Source: Chrysomallon squamiferum
Taxonomy: Eukaryota > Animalia > Mollusca
NCBI GenBank assembly: GCA_012295275.1
Contig: CM022665.1
Coordinates: forward strand, 12,586,001 to 12,650,000
Direction of reading: 5' to 3'
Length of the DNA stretch: 64,000 nt
The notes below the pieces were generated by a model. It was given only the letters and a program-made list of their open reading frames with translations. It did no database searches and was not told where the DNA came from. Below are positions 18,738 to 31,800 of the stretch, piece by piece; the first letter of the stretch is position 1; each line of letters begins with the position of its first letter. Made by a program: the position numbers and the translations under genes.

Positions 18738-21700
18738 TAACAATAAAATAAATTTAAAAACAAATAAAATATGTGTATTTAAAAAGAATGAATTAATGGA
18801 AAAAAAAAAAAATTAACAAATGTTTATTGACATCTCTGCACATATTAAATCATCAAATGTAAAAGGTAAATGAAATAAAAATTCTGTGATTCAAAAATTA
18901 ATTGAAAGAAGAATAAATAATTGTCCTCTCATATTTCTACAAAAAGCAGGTTTATGCTGCTCATAACTAAACAAACAAGAATGTTAATGTAAGCAATTAC
19001 AGTAATATAAATAAGATAATAATTCAATAATAATATGTGTGAAAAAAAAAATTTCAGGTATGTGTATGTATATGTGTGTGTGTGTGTGTATGTATATATA
19101 TATATACATACACACACAACACACAGAAAAAAAATTAAAATTAAAACAAATTAAAGAAAGAGATATTGTTCCTCAAATGTTTACTAATACTTTGTAATGT
19201 TTTAAAAACAGTTAACTTACCCCAGTTGGCATTCTGGAAGCACCAGGAGAAGCTGGGGTATGTGGGTTGGACGGTGGAGTCATTGGGTTACTGTGGAAAC
19301 GCAGTCCGCCAATGCCGGTATCCTGACGTTGTCGAGATGCTGGTGAGCCCATTGTTGGGGTAGCTTGTGACATGAAGATGTCCATGGAGTCCATGTCAAT
19401 GGGTGATGGAGGATTGTCATCTTGTGTCGTTGATCGACGCCTGCCATGACTCTGCGTAACCTTCTCATCTACATACAATTCCAAGAAAGCCTGAAATATG
19501 AATGGAAATTTATAAGTTCATAAAAAAAAATTATTTACAACACTGGGCTTAAAAAAACCCCAAAAAACAACATTACTATCATTTAATATCTAAAATCAGA
19601 AATTTCAAATTGTATAAAAATTTAGCACTGAAATACAAGGTATAAATTTTTTTTTTTTTTTTTTAATTTAAACTAACCATATTGATAACAAAATAAATTC
19701 TTTGACAAATCACTGCTATCAAATTCTATTTTATTAATAAGAATATCTTAATGTACAAAATAATTAGCGTTAAAAACATACAATAATTTTAACGGATAAA
19801 TCAAACTGTTTAAATATAAATAGTTTATATTTCAAACCCTAATCAGACACAATTAATCTTCTGGGATGTTTGTAGCTAGCTGAAATCTAATTAACTTACA
19901 CTGAGACCAGATGCAGGGTTGAAACTATCAATAACTCTGCTTGTGTCCAGCAAACTGAATGCTCCATCCCTTATAGATACCACTTCACCACTTTTAAAAT
20001 GAACATCTATACAATAACTGATAATGAGTTAAGGTGATTATAATTTGATATGAAAAGAAAATTTACGTGTAAAATAAAATAGTAATGAAAATTATTAAAA
20101 TAGAGAGAGAGAGACAGGAGCATCAGAAATATGACAATAAATACAAACAGGAACACATATCCATCTGTATTTTAATAACCTTTACAAAGGTTTCAAAACT
20201 GGATATACATCTTAATATAGAAATATTCCATTTCATTATCAAAATCACAGCCAAACTTTTAAAATAAAGAGATTTATCTTGAAAAGGATACATAGATCTG
20301 AAAACAATTCTAACATGGGTTGCTGACTGAGGTAGAACAGTGAAAGTGGTGATATTTTGTTTCGCATTCTGAAAATGTAAAGAAAAATAAATTAAGAACA
20401 TCTTAAGCATTATCTAAAATTATCTTAAATTCAAATAGATTAGACTTATTTATCTTTAAATATCTTTAAATAAATTAAAATAAAATATAAAAATCATACT
20501 ACTTTTGTTTAAAAAATTTAAAATTCTTCAAGGGAATACAATTATAAATTATGAATGAACCATGCAAAGCTAAATAATTCTAAAATAATCTGATATGCAA
20601 TCTTATCTCAGTGTTGTCAAAATATTGTTAAAGAGTAATATGAATAAAAATTATTTTAGTGAAAAAAAAAAAAGAAAAAAAAGAAAAGAAATATATATTT
20701 TCAAATCGAGACAAAATATTTTCACATTTCTATTATAAACAGGTCTTTAATAAAAACTTACAGTGAAAGCACCAAGCACTGGTGCTGTTGTCAGTTTAGC
20801 AACTGAAGATAATGGCTGCCAAGTATCACTCAGTATCTGAAAATAAATAATTACTGAGAAATATCCTAACAAAATATTTAAAAAAAAAAACCCAGAACAA
20901 ACCAAAAATCTTAAACAAATATTCACACAATTAACTCGATAATGTCAACAAAATGTACAGTAAATGTTTAAACTTTTGAAATAGTTATTGGAAAGATATT
21001 TTTAGGAGGTATAATAAATTGTTCTTACAGAAAAATCTGAATGTTTATCAATATATTCAGGATAAAAATTAAAATGTCTACAGATAAAGTTCTGACAATA
21101 TAATGAAACATCAGAATTAAAAAAAATTATTTTCAATTCAATAATTTCTGAAATTCAGCATTTATAACATGCAGTTTTGTTAAGAATGAATGAATATTTG
21201 TTAACCCCTTCAGATATCTGTACTGAAGTAACATCCAATGTTTTAATGCTAGAGACTAAAATATAAATGGGTTAAAAACATCTCAGCACTTATTAATGTT
21301 GACATGAAGGCTTGTTAGTTTAGTTAACATGCTTTTTATATTTCTATTATGTATGCAAAGTTTACTAGAAAATTACATTACGTTACTAAAATACCATTTA
21401 ATTTGCATAACAATAATACCTGAACAAGATGTGCTATAGACTTGTTTGTGTTCAGTTCGTGTTGTAGCTGTGTTAAGACAGGAATGTGAGGATTTGCAGT
21501 ACTGCACTGACCACATGTTCCCAGGGTCAAGTAAAAGTGACCATCATTTTTCCACTGAACAGTTACCTACAAATATTATAAGATAAATACTTTACAATTT
21601 TAAAAAAGATAATAATAAAAATAAAATCACTAATCATCACTTTTTGGTAACATAAGAAATTAAAAAATAAAATGTGGCTTTAAGTGATGCAACTATGAAA

Positions 21701-24700
21701 TAAAATTCACAAAATGGAAGAGTATGTTTATTTTCACATTATTAAATTTATAAAACAGATTAAAGTAATTGTTATAAAACTGAAAATAATGTTAACTCAA
21801 GGAATTACATTCAGACTTATCATGACATAAAAAAAAGAAATAAAATAAAAATTCTGTAACACAAATATTTATTATTTAAAAGTACATAATTGTCAGTTCA
21901 TTAGAATTTATAGGTCGTTTTAATGTAAATACAAAACTTGTCTTAAAAGAGAAAAAGTTAAAACAATATAAGTGTATATTAATACTAACAATACTTGTGT
22001 ATGATGGACCATAAGCCAAAACAAGCCTTCTGTATGTGTACGATCGAATTTCCACCAAGGATTTGAAGGTAGTCTGCAGATCTAGAAAAATTAAAAAAAA
22101 ATTAAAAAATTTAAAATGTCTAAATAATATTGTTATGTTAGTTTTTGAGGAAGGGATTTTATACCTTAATGATAACTGAAACATCATTAACAGAAATATA
22201 TATTATTCCTATTTAATTATACTTCTAGAAATAAATAATATGTAAAATTTTAAGATTTACTATAAAACATATTTTCATAAGATGATGTTAATATATCTTT
22301 AACAGGTACCTGTACAAAAAACAGAAAAGCAAATAGTTGCTTAAAATACTAGCTATGGAACAGGGTAATAGTGGGAAATAAAACTCTAAAAATACGATAT
22401 TTTACAAACTTAATCTTACAAATTGTTTTATTTTCAATGACCTTTTTAATAATTACCATGAAATGGTGTTACAAAATTCTGTTTTACTTAGAAAAAGGTA
22501 CTAATATATTAATGAGAATTTGCTTCACTTTAAAAAAATAAAAATAAAAAAATAAAAATATATATATATTAAAAAAAAAATTTCTTTACCTGGATTATTA
22601 TATATTTCAGCAAAAGGATGGACGAGTTCAAACAAGTGTGACATACAGTTCCACTCATCCAGCAGATCAGTGACAGTCTTCTGAACATTATCTGCACTCA
22701 CTTCCAAGTTAAAACAAATACGCTGAACTGGTCCTGAAATCAAATGAAGAAATATCATGTAAATATTGATAACTTTCTGAATTAAATTAAAATAGAAAAA
22801 ACAAAAATAAAAAGAAATAAAAAAAATTCACTGTAACAGTGGGGGATTTTTTTTTTCAAATGTATGTGCGTAGGAATGTATTTATATATGTATGCACATG
22901 TGTGTGTACAACATTTATTATCATCATTATTATTTACACAAAAAAGATAAAGTTGAATATATTTTAAGTAATCTAATAAATTCTATATAAACCTAACATG
23001 GAATCTCAGCGTTTCAAAAATACTGTTAAAAAAGAATTAACAAGATAAAATGGTCATATTTATGTGCTATTTAAAATAGTAAACAAATGAATGATCTTAA
23101 TTTAAAGAGTTTTTTTTTTTTTTTTTTAAATTATCCTTCCAATATTTAGATGTTCTTAAAACATCCACTTTTCAGTACTAAGAAACTATTATTGTATTTC
23201 TTTCAAAATAACTACTGTAGATATAAAAGCTAACAATAATGAAACCAAAGTTAAGATGGCTGCATGTATTTTGTTAACACAAAAATACTATTTACCTAAT
23301 TCCCTATGGTTTGTTGTAGTGATTGGAGGATTTGTAAACAAAAACTGAAAAACAAATAAAAATTCATACAAAAAACCTGTAATGGAACAATATTGAGGAT
23401 AAAATGTATTTGAACATTAGCAAAAGAGCTGTGTAGAACAGGAAAATGTTCATAAATAAATATACATTAATAACAAAAGTAATTATTCATCATAAAGTAT
23501 TAATTTGTGTTCTTTCTCCTTAAATATGTCTTAATGATCTAAGACATTATGCATTATAACCCTTTGAAACACAGGCTCTGCAGCTTTTTAGAAATATGAA
23601 ACCTTTCCACTGGGCAGATTTTTCACACCTACAGAGATCAGAATGATCAAGATGATGACTACTATTCTGTCTGTTAACTGAATAGTGATTAATATTAATA
23701 TAATTTAAATTATTACACACAGAAACCATAATAAAACAGTTACTAACAAGGAATCTAATATTGTTTAAAAAGCATAAAAATATATTTTTTTTTTGACAAA
23801 GACAAATTAACTAAATTTACCTCTATGACCCAGAAGAGTGGTTTTGACTGAATTCTGAATTTGCAGGATAAAAGATGATTTTTCAGACTGCATCTTGGAT
23901 CTTTGGAGCATCCTGATGGAACAGGGAAACTGTCGAAGAAAGAAAAGAAAGAAAAAAAAGTGTTTTATTTATATAACCAACTTACTTAGTTCAGGTTAAA
24001 GATAAATATATGTGACACTGACGCTGTATTATTTGTACTAAAACAAAAATTTGGCATAAAATTAAAATACAATTTCCCAGAAAAACATAAAAACAAACTT
24101 ACTCAAGAATGCCTAAACAAAGGCAGATTCCTTCCTCTTCCACTTGTATGCCTTGATGTGCAATGCCTTGTCTGTTCAACTGTAAACATTTACAAGTTTT
24201 AAAACTATGATTAGATGACCAGAAGTATTAGTACACATTCACATGATTTTAGCAAACGTATTTTATTTTTTAAGATAACCTATTTTAAAAAAATATTTTA
24301 CAAATATAATAATAATCAAGTAAATAAAAATTATTGCCTTTTGTTGACTCATTTTCATTATTTTATTATTATTATTCTTATTGTTTTTAATTTCCTAATT
24401 TGTAAATAATTCAAGTATAACTTTCAATCTTCCTTTTTACTTATATGAATATGTTATAGGGTCATTCCATGTCAAATCACCCCCCCCCCAAAAAATTTAA
24501 ACCCGAACGTCTCAGATTTTTATGAAACTTGGTATACTTGTTTTAGCCCAATTGGACCAGTGTTGTGGGAGATATGGCCCACCGAATTTTGAGATTTTTG
24601 GCAAAAATGGGTGTGACCACCAACCTTTGAACCCTCATATCTCAGGAACTATTGGGCCAATCTTCATAAAATTGGTATTGTTGAAAAGGCAATATGACAA

Positions 24701-25837
24701 GGATTCCAAATCTGCCATTTTTGTTCAGTTTGGAAACTACTGGGGTACACTGACCTTTGCTATGACCTTGAAATTGACCATGTGGATCACGTGACCTTGA
24801 GATGACCTTTATTGAAATTTAATCTCCCACATGTTAACTAAAACATATAAAAGTTTCCTGGGTGTAATGTTTTTTGTTTAGCCACAATATAGATTTAAAA
24901 AATGTACGTCCATGAAAATAACACCTTTTCAGCCATTAACAGCTGATTAACTAAAACCTGAATGATCAATTATGGATGCTAGGAATCACCATCTTTCTTG
25001 ATCATCGAGTAAGACATTACAAGGTTGGTGGTCACGCCCATTTTTGCCAAATCTCTCAAAATTCAGTGGGCCGTATCTCCCACACCACTGATCTGACTGG
25101 GCTAATATTTCAGATTTGGTGCTGTGGGATCCCAGTCAACAAGTATATCAAGTTTTATAAAAATTGAGGACGGTCGGGTTTAACCCATTGGGTGATTTGA
25201 CACGGAATGACCCTATATATTATATATTTATGTTTATAGCTCCTAGTCTTACAGACCTCATCACCAAGAAAGATGAATGGGATTCTCTCTTCACATGATG
25301 CTAACAAGTAAGTCAACTCAGGAACCATGTAAGGTGAACATTTCTGTTTCTTCATCTTTGGCTCGTCAGCATCTCCCAAAAACAACTGCAATAAACAAAT
25401 AAATAAATAACAAAAGAAAAGAAGTAAAGATATATATTTAATGCAGATAAAACTGAATAAATTTAATACATACAGATATAATTTTAATTTTAACCATCAT
25501 CTTAAATACTGAATGAAAAAAGGAGAGATGCCACATTTTGATAAAGAAAATAAAACAAATACAAACCTTTCGCTTTCGAGTGAAACTGTCCAGTTGAGAC
25601 GATGGATCATCATCTAAATAACGAAAAGGAAAATGATATTAGTTAAATGTTTTACTTGTCATCATTTCAGTTAAAGTACAAGAATTAGTAATATAATAAA
25701 TTTAAAAAGACAACAAAACATGCCATATTACAAGTGATATCCAATTAAATACTTGCCACGAACAGACACACAAATAATAATAATACTACTACTACTAACA
25801 ATAACACACTATCTATCCAAAGTATCTTTTTCATAAA

Positions 25838-25868
<31 letters not shown>

Positions 25869-28800
25869 GCAGATTCTGATCATACCAAATATTTTTGAAA
25901 ATGGTCCATGTGTACCAGAGAAGTTATCAATTTGGACAAATCTGCCTGCTCTGTAGAATGACTTCACACCTACATCTTCAGCAATGTCATCTTCCTTTCC
26001 GTCAGCAGTACATGGGAATGTCTCCAACAAGTAGTAAGCATATGAAACTGCATTTGGACTTTCTTCAACCAGATTAACAACCTTGAACAATGTTAAATAA
26101 ACATAAAATATAAAACTTCAGAAGATTTTAAAAGAGAATTCTTAGAGTATATTTTTGAACACAAACTTCCTTCTCCTAGATGTCTTGTTTTAGCTAGCTA
26201 GTAATGAAGTATGACTAGCTATATTGCCATCTTGAAATTAAATGTATGTTGACATTTACTGAATTGTTTCTGTTTTTATGACATTATCTCATAGATAAAT
26301 GGGCTTATTATTTGCAAAGTTTTTTTTTTTTTTACGATGTCTAAAAGATGCACAATTTCAGGTTGAAATGTATGATTATTAAAATGTTCAAAGCACATAC
26401 TCACAAGCATGCACACGCACGCACACACACACGTACAAAGAGCCATAATGATCTGATTTCACACATTATACTAGAACAGCAGAAATAAATTGAAAGCAAA
26501 AGAGATAAAAATGTTATATTAAACATACCAAGAAGAAATTAGCCTGTCTGGGAATTCTAATGAAAAGCTTGCATTTGCCAAGTTTCTGGAGAGGGTGGTC
26601 TGCCGAGTTTACAACAGGAATAGTTGACATGCAGGCGGCAGGCAACAACTGTACTGACTTCTCACATCTCCTCAAACACAGCTGCATTCTGTAATAAAGT
26701 AGTATCATTTAGTGTATATATATAATCAACTATAAAACCTTTAAAATTATTAGTCTACTTAAAAATAATAACAAGTTTGTAGGTAATATGTTTATTAACA
26801 GTTCAACTATCACAGGTGAAATGTCACTTAAACACTACACCAAATGCTGTTTATTTATTTAATTTACATTTAGTTCTGAACATGACCAGCCTGAACTAAT
26901 AAAATCAAAATAACCTTGATCAAATCAAAAATCATTACTTTCTGGGATTTTTAATTTTTTTTAATTTTTTTTTTAAATACATGAAACTTTTGCTCCTTGT
27001 GAAAAATGGTATGAAAAAATTAAAGAAGCATAAAATGATAGCTCATTCAAATATGAAGACATACTGCAGTTTGACCAGTAACTTGTCCAGTCCTCTTCGG
27101 TCATCATTTAAGCAGGTTTCTATTTCACGTACTGCTGAGAAATCTGTTGAAAAAAAAAAAGGTAAAGTCATTAAAGTACTTTAAGACTTAAAACACCACA
27201 TAAATAAGCAGATAATTTAACGCTACTAAGATTTAATAGTGTTTAGTAAACAATAAACTGTACAGAATATATTTAATGATCATTAATTAATAATTTGATT
27301 TGATATTGGATAATGCTTGGGGAGGAAACAAACGCCAAATAAATATAATTTAATAGTTTTTGTTTCATATGAATAATTCAATGGTTATTTATCACAAATA
27401 AATAATCTTCTAAATAATTTAGTTACTTTTACAACTTAGAAGGTAATTTAGGTTTCTTTGGCCACATAAAAATCTGACTCTGTTTAGGAATGTCACAATT
27501 TACTGATCAATGTTTATTGTAATCTTTGATGAAATTTTCTGAAATCAAATACAACAAAGATATGGGTCATATGGTGTAATATGATATGGTTAATTGGTAT
27601 CAAGCCCTAATATGAAATATTTTAAGTCAAAAGAATTTCTATTCTCACCATCACAAGGCACAGATGTTAAGTAAATTCCTCTCTGTATGTCAATAGCAAT
27701 TCTCAGAATTTCTGATGACATGCATGGATCAAGAATTGGAACATGAAGAGCCACTGGCATATCTCTGACTTCACCTGTATATTAAACAGACAAAATATTC
27801 CATTATTTTTTAGTAGGAGATTAATACAGAATGTTTTAACAAAGAAATAAATTTGTTATTACAGATGTATCTAAATATTAGAAACATGAAATGAGTTTTA
27901 ACTGACATTTCAGATATAGTAATTCCAGTTTTGGAAATATGCAGTTATGAATTCAACAAATTTATTTTAGTTTCAATCAAATTACATGAAGTAATTTAGC
28001 TATCTCAAAGATATTTTTGTTATTTTTGCATCACTTATTTACAAAATAAAACCATAAATACTTACATTTTTCATTAGCATGCTTTTGCATTTCTTTAGCA
28101 AGATCCTATTGGAAAAAAGACAAAGGAAATTTAAATCAAACCGTCAAAATAAATGAAACAATACTTCAGCCATTAATAATGAACAGAAAAAAGCAAAAAA
28201 AAGCAGAAACCAAAATTATCATTACCACTGTTTAACATTAGCTGAATTTTTTTTAAGAGAAAAATCAGGTATCACTTACCTTCAGTTTAATCTGAGTCCT
28301 GACTTCAATTGTCTGCATCAACAATTTTTCAATGGATAAATGATCACTCTAAAAATAAAACATAACTCCTGGTTAAGATATTCTTATACATTTCCAGATT
28401 TATCATCAATAATTTAAAAAACAAAAAATTAAATCAGAAAAGAATAAAAATAAATGTAATGGGAAAGTTAAATGAATTTTGAAATGTGAAATGCAAATCT
28501 TTCAATTTTAAAATTTTATCATTAATTTATTAATAGGTAACTGAAACATAGTAAATGTATTTTAAAAATGTATATAAATAAAAGTGGTTTTTTTTTGTTG
28601 TTTTTTAAAATTAATTATTGTTATTGTTGCAGCTACAGATTCAATACAAACTGAGGTTTATTGTTAGGATATTTCACTGTGTTTTCAATAATTTATGACC
28701 AAAACTCATGTTAAATAACTAAAATACACCTTGATCGCAAGCCCAACTTTTCTGCTGTCTTCAGGAGACATTGATGGTGTGTGACTGATCTGAAGTGGTT

Positions 28801-31800
28801 TTCCTTCGTTTTCTTCACAAACATGGACACTCAGTTTGTAAACTAAAAAATTAAACAATGTCTAACATTATAGTATGATTCTATCACTCAATATGTTAAA
28901 ATTAATTTTTTTTATTTTCATCATTTATATTCTGTTACAAAGCTACTCTGTATATTTTCTTCACAAACATGTACACATAAATTGTAAAAATAAAACATTG
29001 TCCAATATTGTAATATCATTCTATCACTCAGTATACTGCAATTAAAAATTTACTTTTCAGCATTTACATTCTGTCCCAGAGGTACACTAAAGATTTCAAT
29101 AAAATTCAAACTTTATTGATCAGTTTGTGATTTAAAAGTAACACTTAATTAGGAATGTCCAGTTAATAAAATACTGCCATTTTATTTCTCCTCTCTTATA
29201 CTACCTTTTATATAAATAACTTTTACATGTCGTAAATAGTATTTGGTATGTGAAATAAGATCAAAATCTCACCAACTGCATCTTGGGATCTGTCTCTTTT
29301 CAACTGATCCCTGGAAAAATAATTGAAAATAAATGAAATTATTTAAATAAGTTATTACAAAACTGAAAAGCACTGAAACTCTACAGTTTTAACTCGATAG
29401 CCTTTATAACATAACAAATTATACTGCCTGATCTAAAACACTGACATAAAACTGAAAAAAAATAATTAAAATTATAATACAGGATTAAACTGAAATAAAT
29501 TCTGTTGAATCTGTTATTCTGAATAAGTAAGAAATTAATTTACTTGCCTCCAGTATGAAATAACCAAACTTTTACTCAAAGTATATTCTTCAACTCTGAT
29601 GCTGTCTCCTAACCGATTATGAATCAATCTTTGGGTCTGAAAATTAAATTGTTTTTTTAATGTTAAAATGGATGTCAGATATATTAAACTGCATATCAAA
29701 TGGATGATATTAATAAAAATTAATGAGTTATAATTATATAAATGTAAAATATGAAATTGATCAAGAAGCAGACAACAAAAGATAACTGGTTTTCTTTATT
29801 TTTTTAATTATTCTTTTGTTAATGCTGAAAAGTAATAAAAAAATGTACTGAAGATTTAATAGATTTAATCTAATTCTAAAGCAAAGTTTAGTTACAAAAA
29901 TAATAAATAAATAAATAAATATAACAGATACAAGAATGTTACTGGTAATAAAGAAATAATAATCAACTGTAGAAAGATTACCTGTGAATGTAACACCTCA
30001 AGCTGTAATGACTGGCAAAAGGAATCTTTCAGGAAGTTAAGGAACAAAAGAATAATCTTAATTGTATCTAGGTATTTATATAAAAATAAAAAATAGTTTT
30101 GTAAATTTGTATAAAAAGATAAAGCACAGTTTTACATATTAATATGAAAATAAATCACAGTTTTTAGGTATTTATATAAAAATAAACAACACTTTTATAC
30201 ATTTATATAACAAACCATTTTTTTTTTTTAAATTATTATATAAAAATAACAAAATACACTCCAAAAAAGTAAAATAAAAAGGTCAGCTTTTTCCTTAAAT
30301 GTAATCACTGTACATTTGACTATCTATTAATATAAGCATGTATATGTAAACACAAAAACTGCTACATGTAAAGTTTAATTATTATTAATACAAGGATACG
30401 TAACATCTTGTAAAGAACATGAAGTGGCCGATCATTCTCCAGCAAACGATTTTGGATGAGCTCATGTATGTAGTGGACCTGAATAAAACAATAAAACAAT
30501 ATTTTTTTTTAAATACCATTTCATGCATTTGAAATCATTCAATGAACAAGTAATTCTGCTTGCAAAATTTTTTTAAATATTTTTTTTATTACCAGGCTCT
30601 AATCAATGATTTTAATTTAAAAAAAGAAAAGAAAATGAAGAATTTTTTAAAGATTAAATAATGGAACACAATTATTTACAAAAGTTATTTTACCTGTAAT
30701 GAATGAACAAGGGATTTTCCATCTGAAATAAAAACAGGGAGGGTAAGACATTTGATATTAATTATTACAGATTATAACCTGAAGGTTTCTTTGTTAGGGT
30801 GCTGTAAATATAAAACTGATATGAGAACTCTCATCTTTCAAACAGAATCACAGCTGTGTGATCTGTCCACAAAAAAAAAAAAAAAAAAAATCTCTTTAAC
30901 ATGCTGCATACAGAAGAAAAATTACTAAATATACTTTAGACGTGATTGATTCAGTAACTGTACAAAATTAGGTGTTATTTAAGACATACCTCCTGTTTCA
31001 TGATCTTCAACTAAAATGTCTATATCCAGCAATCGCCATGGAATTGTTGGACTGTCTCCCATTAATGTCAATGTCACCTACAAAAATGCATTTTAAAAAA
31101 ATATAACTATATGTTCCTGACAGTTTTATCACTTAAAATGAATTAAACTTTTTAATGAACATTTAATAGAAAATATATATATGGAAATACCCAGCTGTGT
31201 CCATAATGATTATGTGACGAAATCTGAATTACATGAATCTTTTCATTTTACAGTACATTCAATGTGAAATATATATATATTTATGTTGTCATGATTTTTA
31301 TACAACAAATTTGAATTATTTGTATATTTCAAAGCTAACAGCGTTACACATTTAGTATAAAAAAACAAAAATACTACATGTCCGTGCTTATTATAAAAAA
31401 ATATATATGTATGATCATATAACAAAATTTGACTTAGATGTTTCTTCTGATGGTGCTTTTATTGAACATTTAATATATATATATATATATATATAAATAA
31501 AACAACTATATGATTATAATCCAATAAACTTGAATTATATACAGATTTTAATATTTTTAGTGCATGTTTAATTTTTTTAAATAATAATTAAAAAATATAT
31601 ATAAAAATTTTAAACATTTTAACACCAATTCTTAAACATACCTCAAATTCATGTTCAACAGGAAATTTGACTCTGCCATGTTCTAGAAAAAAAATAAAAA
31701 ACATAAAAAATACAAACAGAATAGTGTTTTTTTCTCAAAATAACTATATTTATGTATCTACTGGGAATTAAAAAAAATAAAAAATAAAAAAATAAAAAAA

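Noticed and set aside
24522-25167. Two short ORFs inside the transposon
   Set aside because: No DDE or other transposase motifs; chance ORFs in a GC-richer non-autonomous element.
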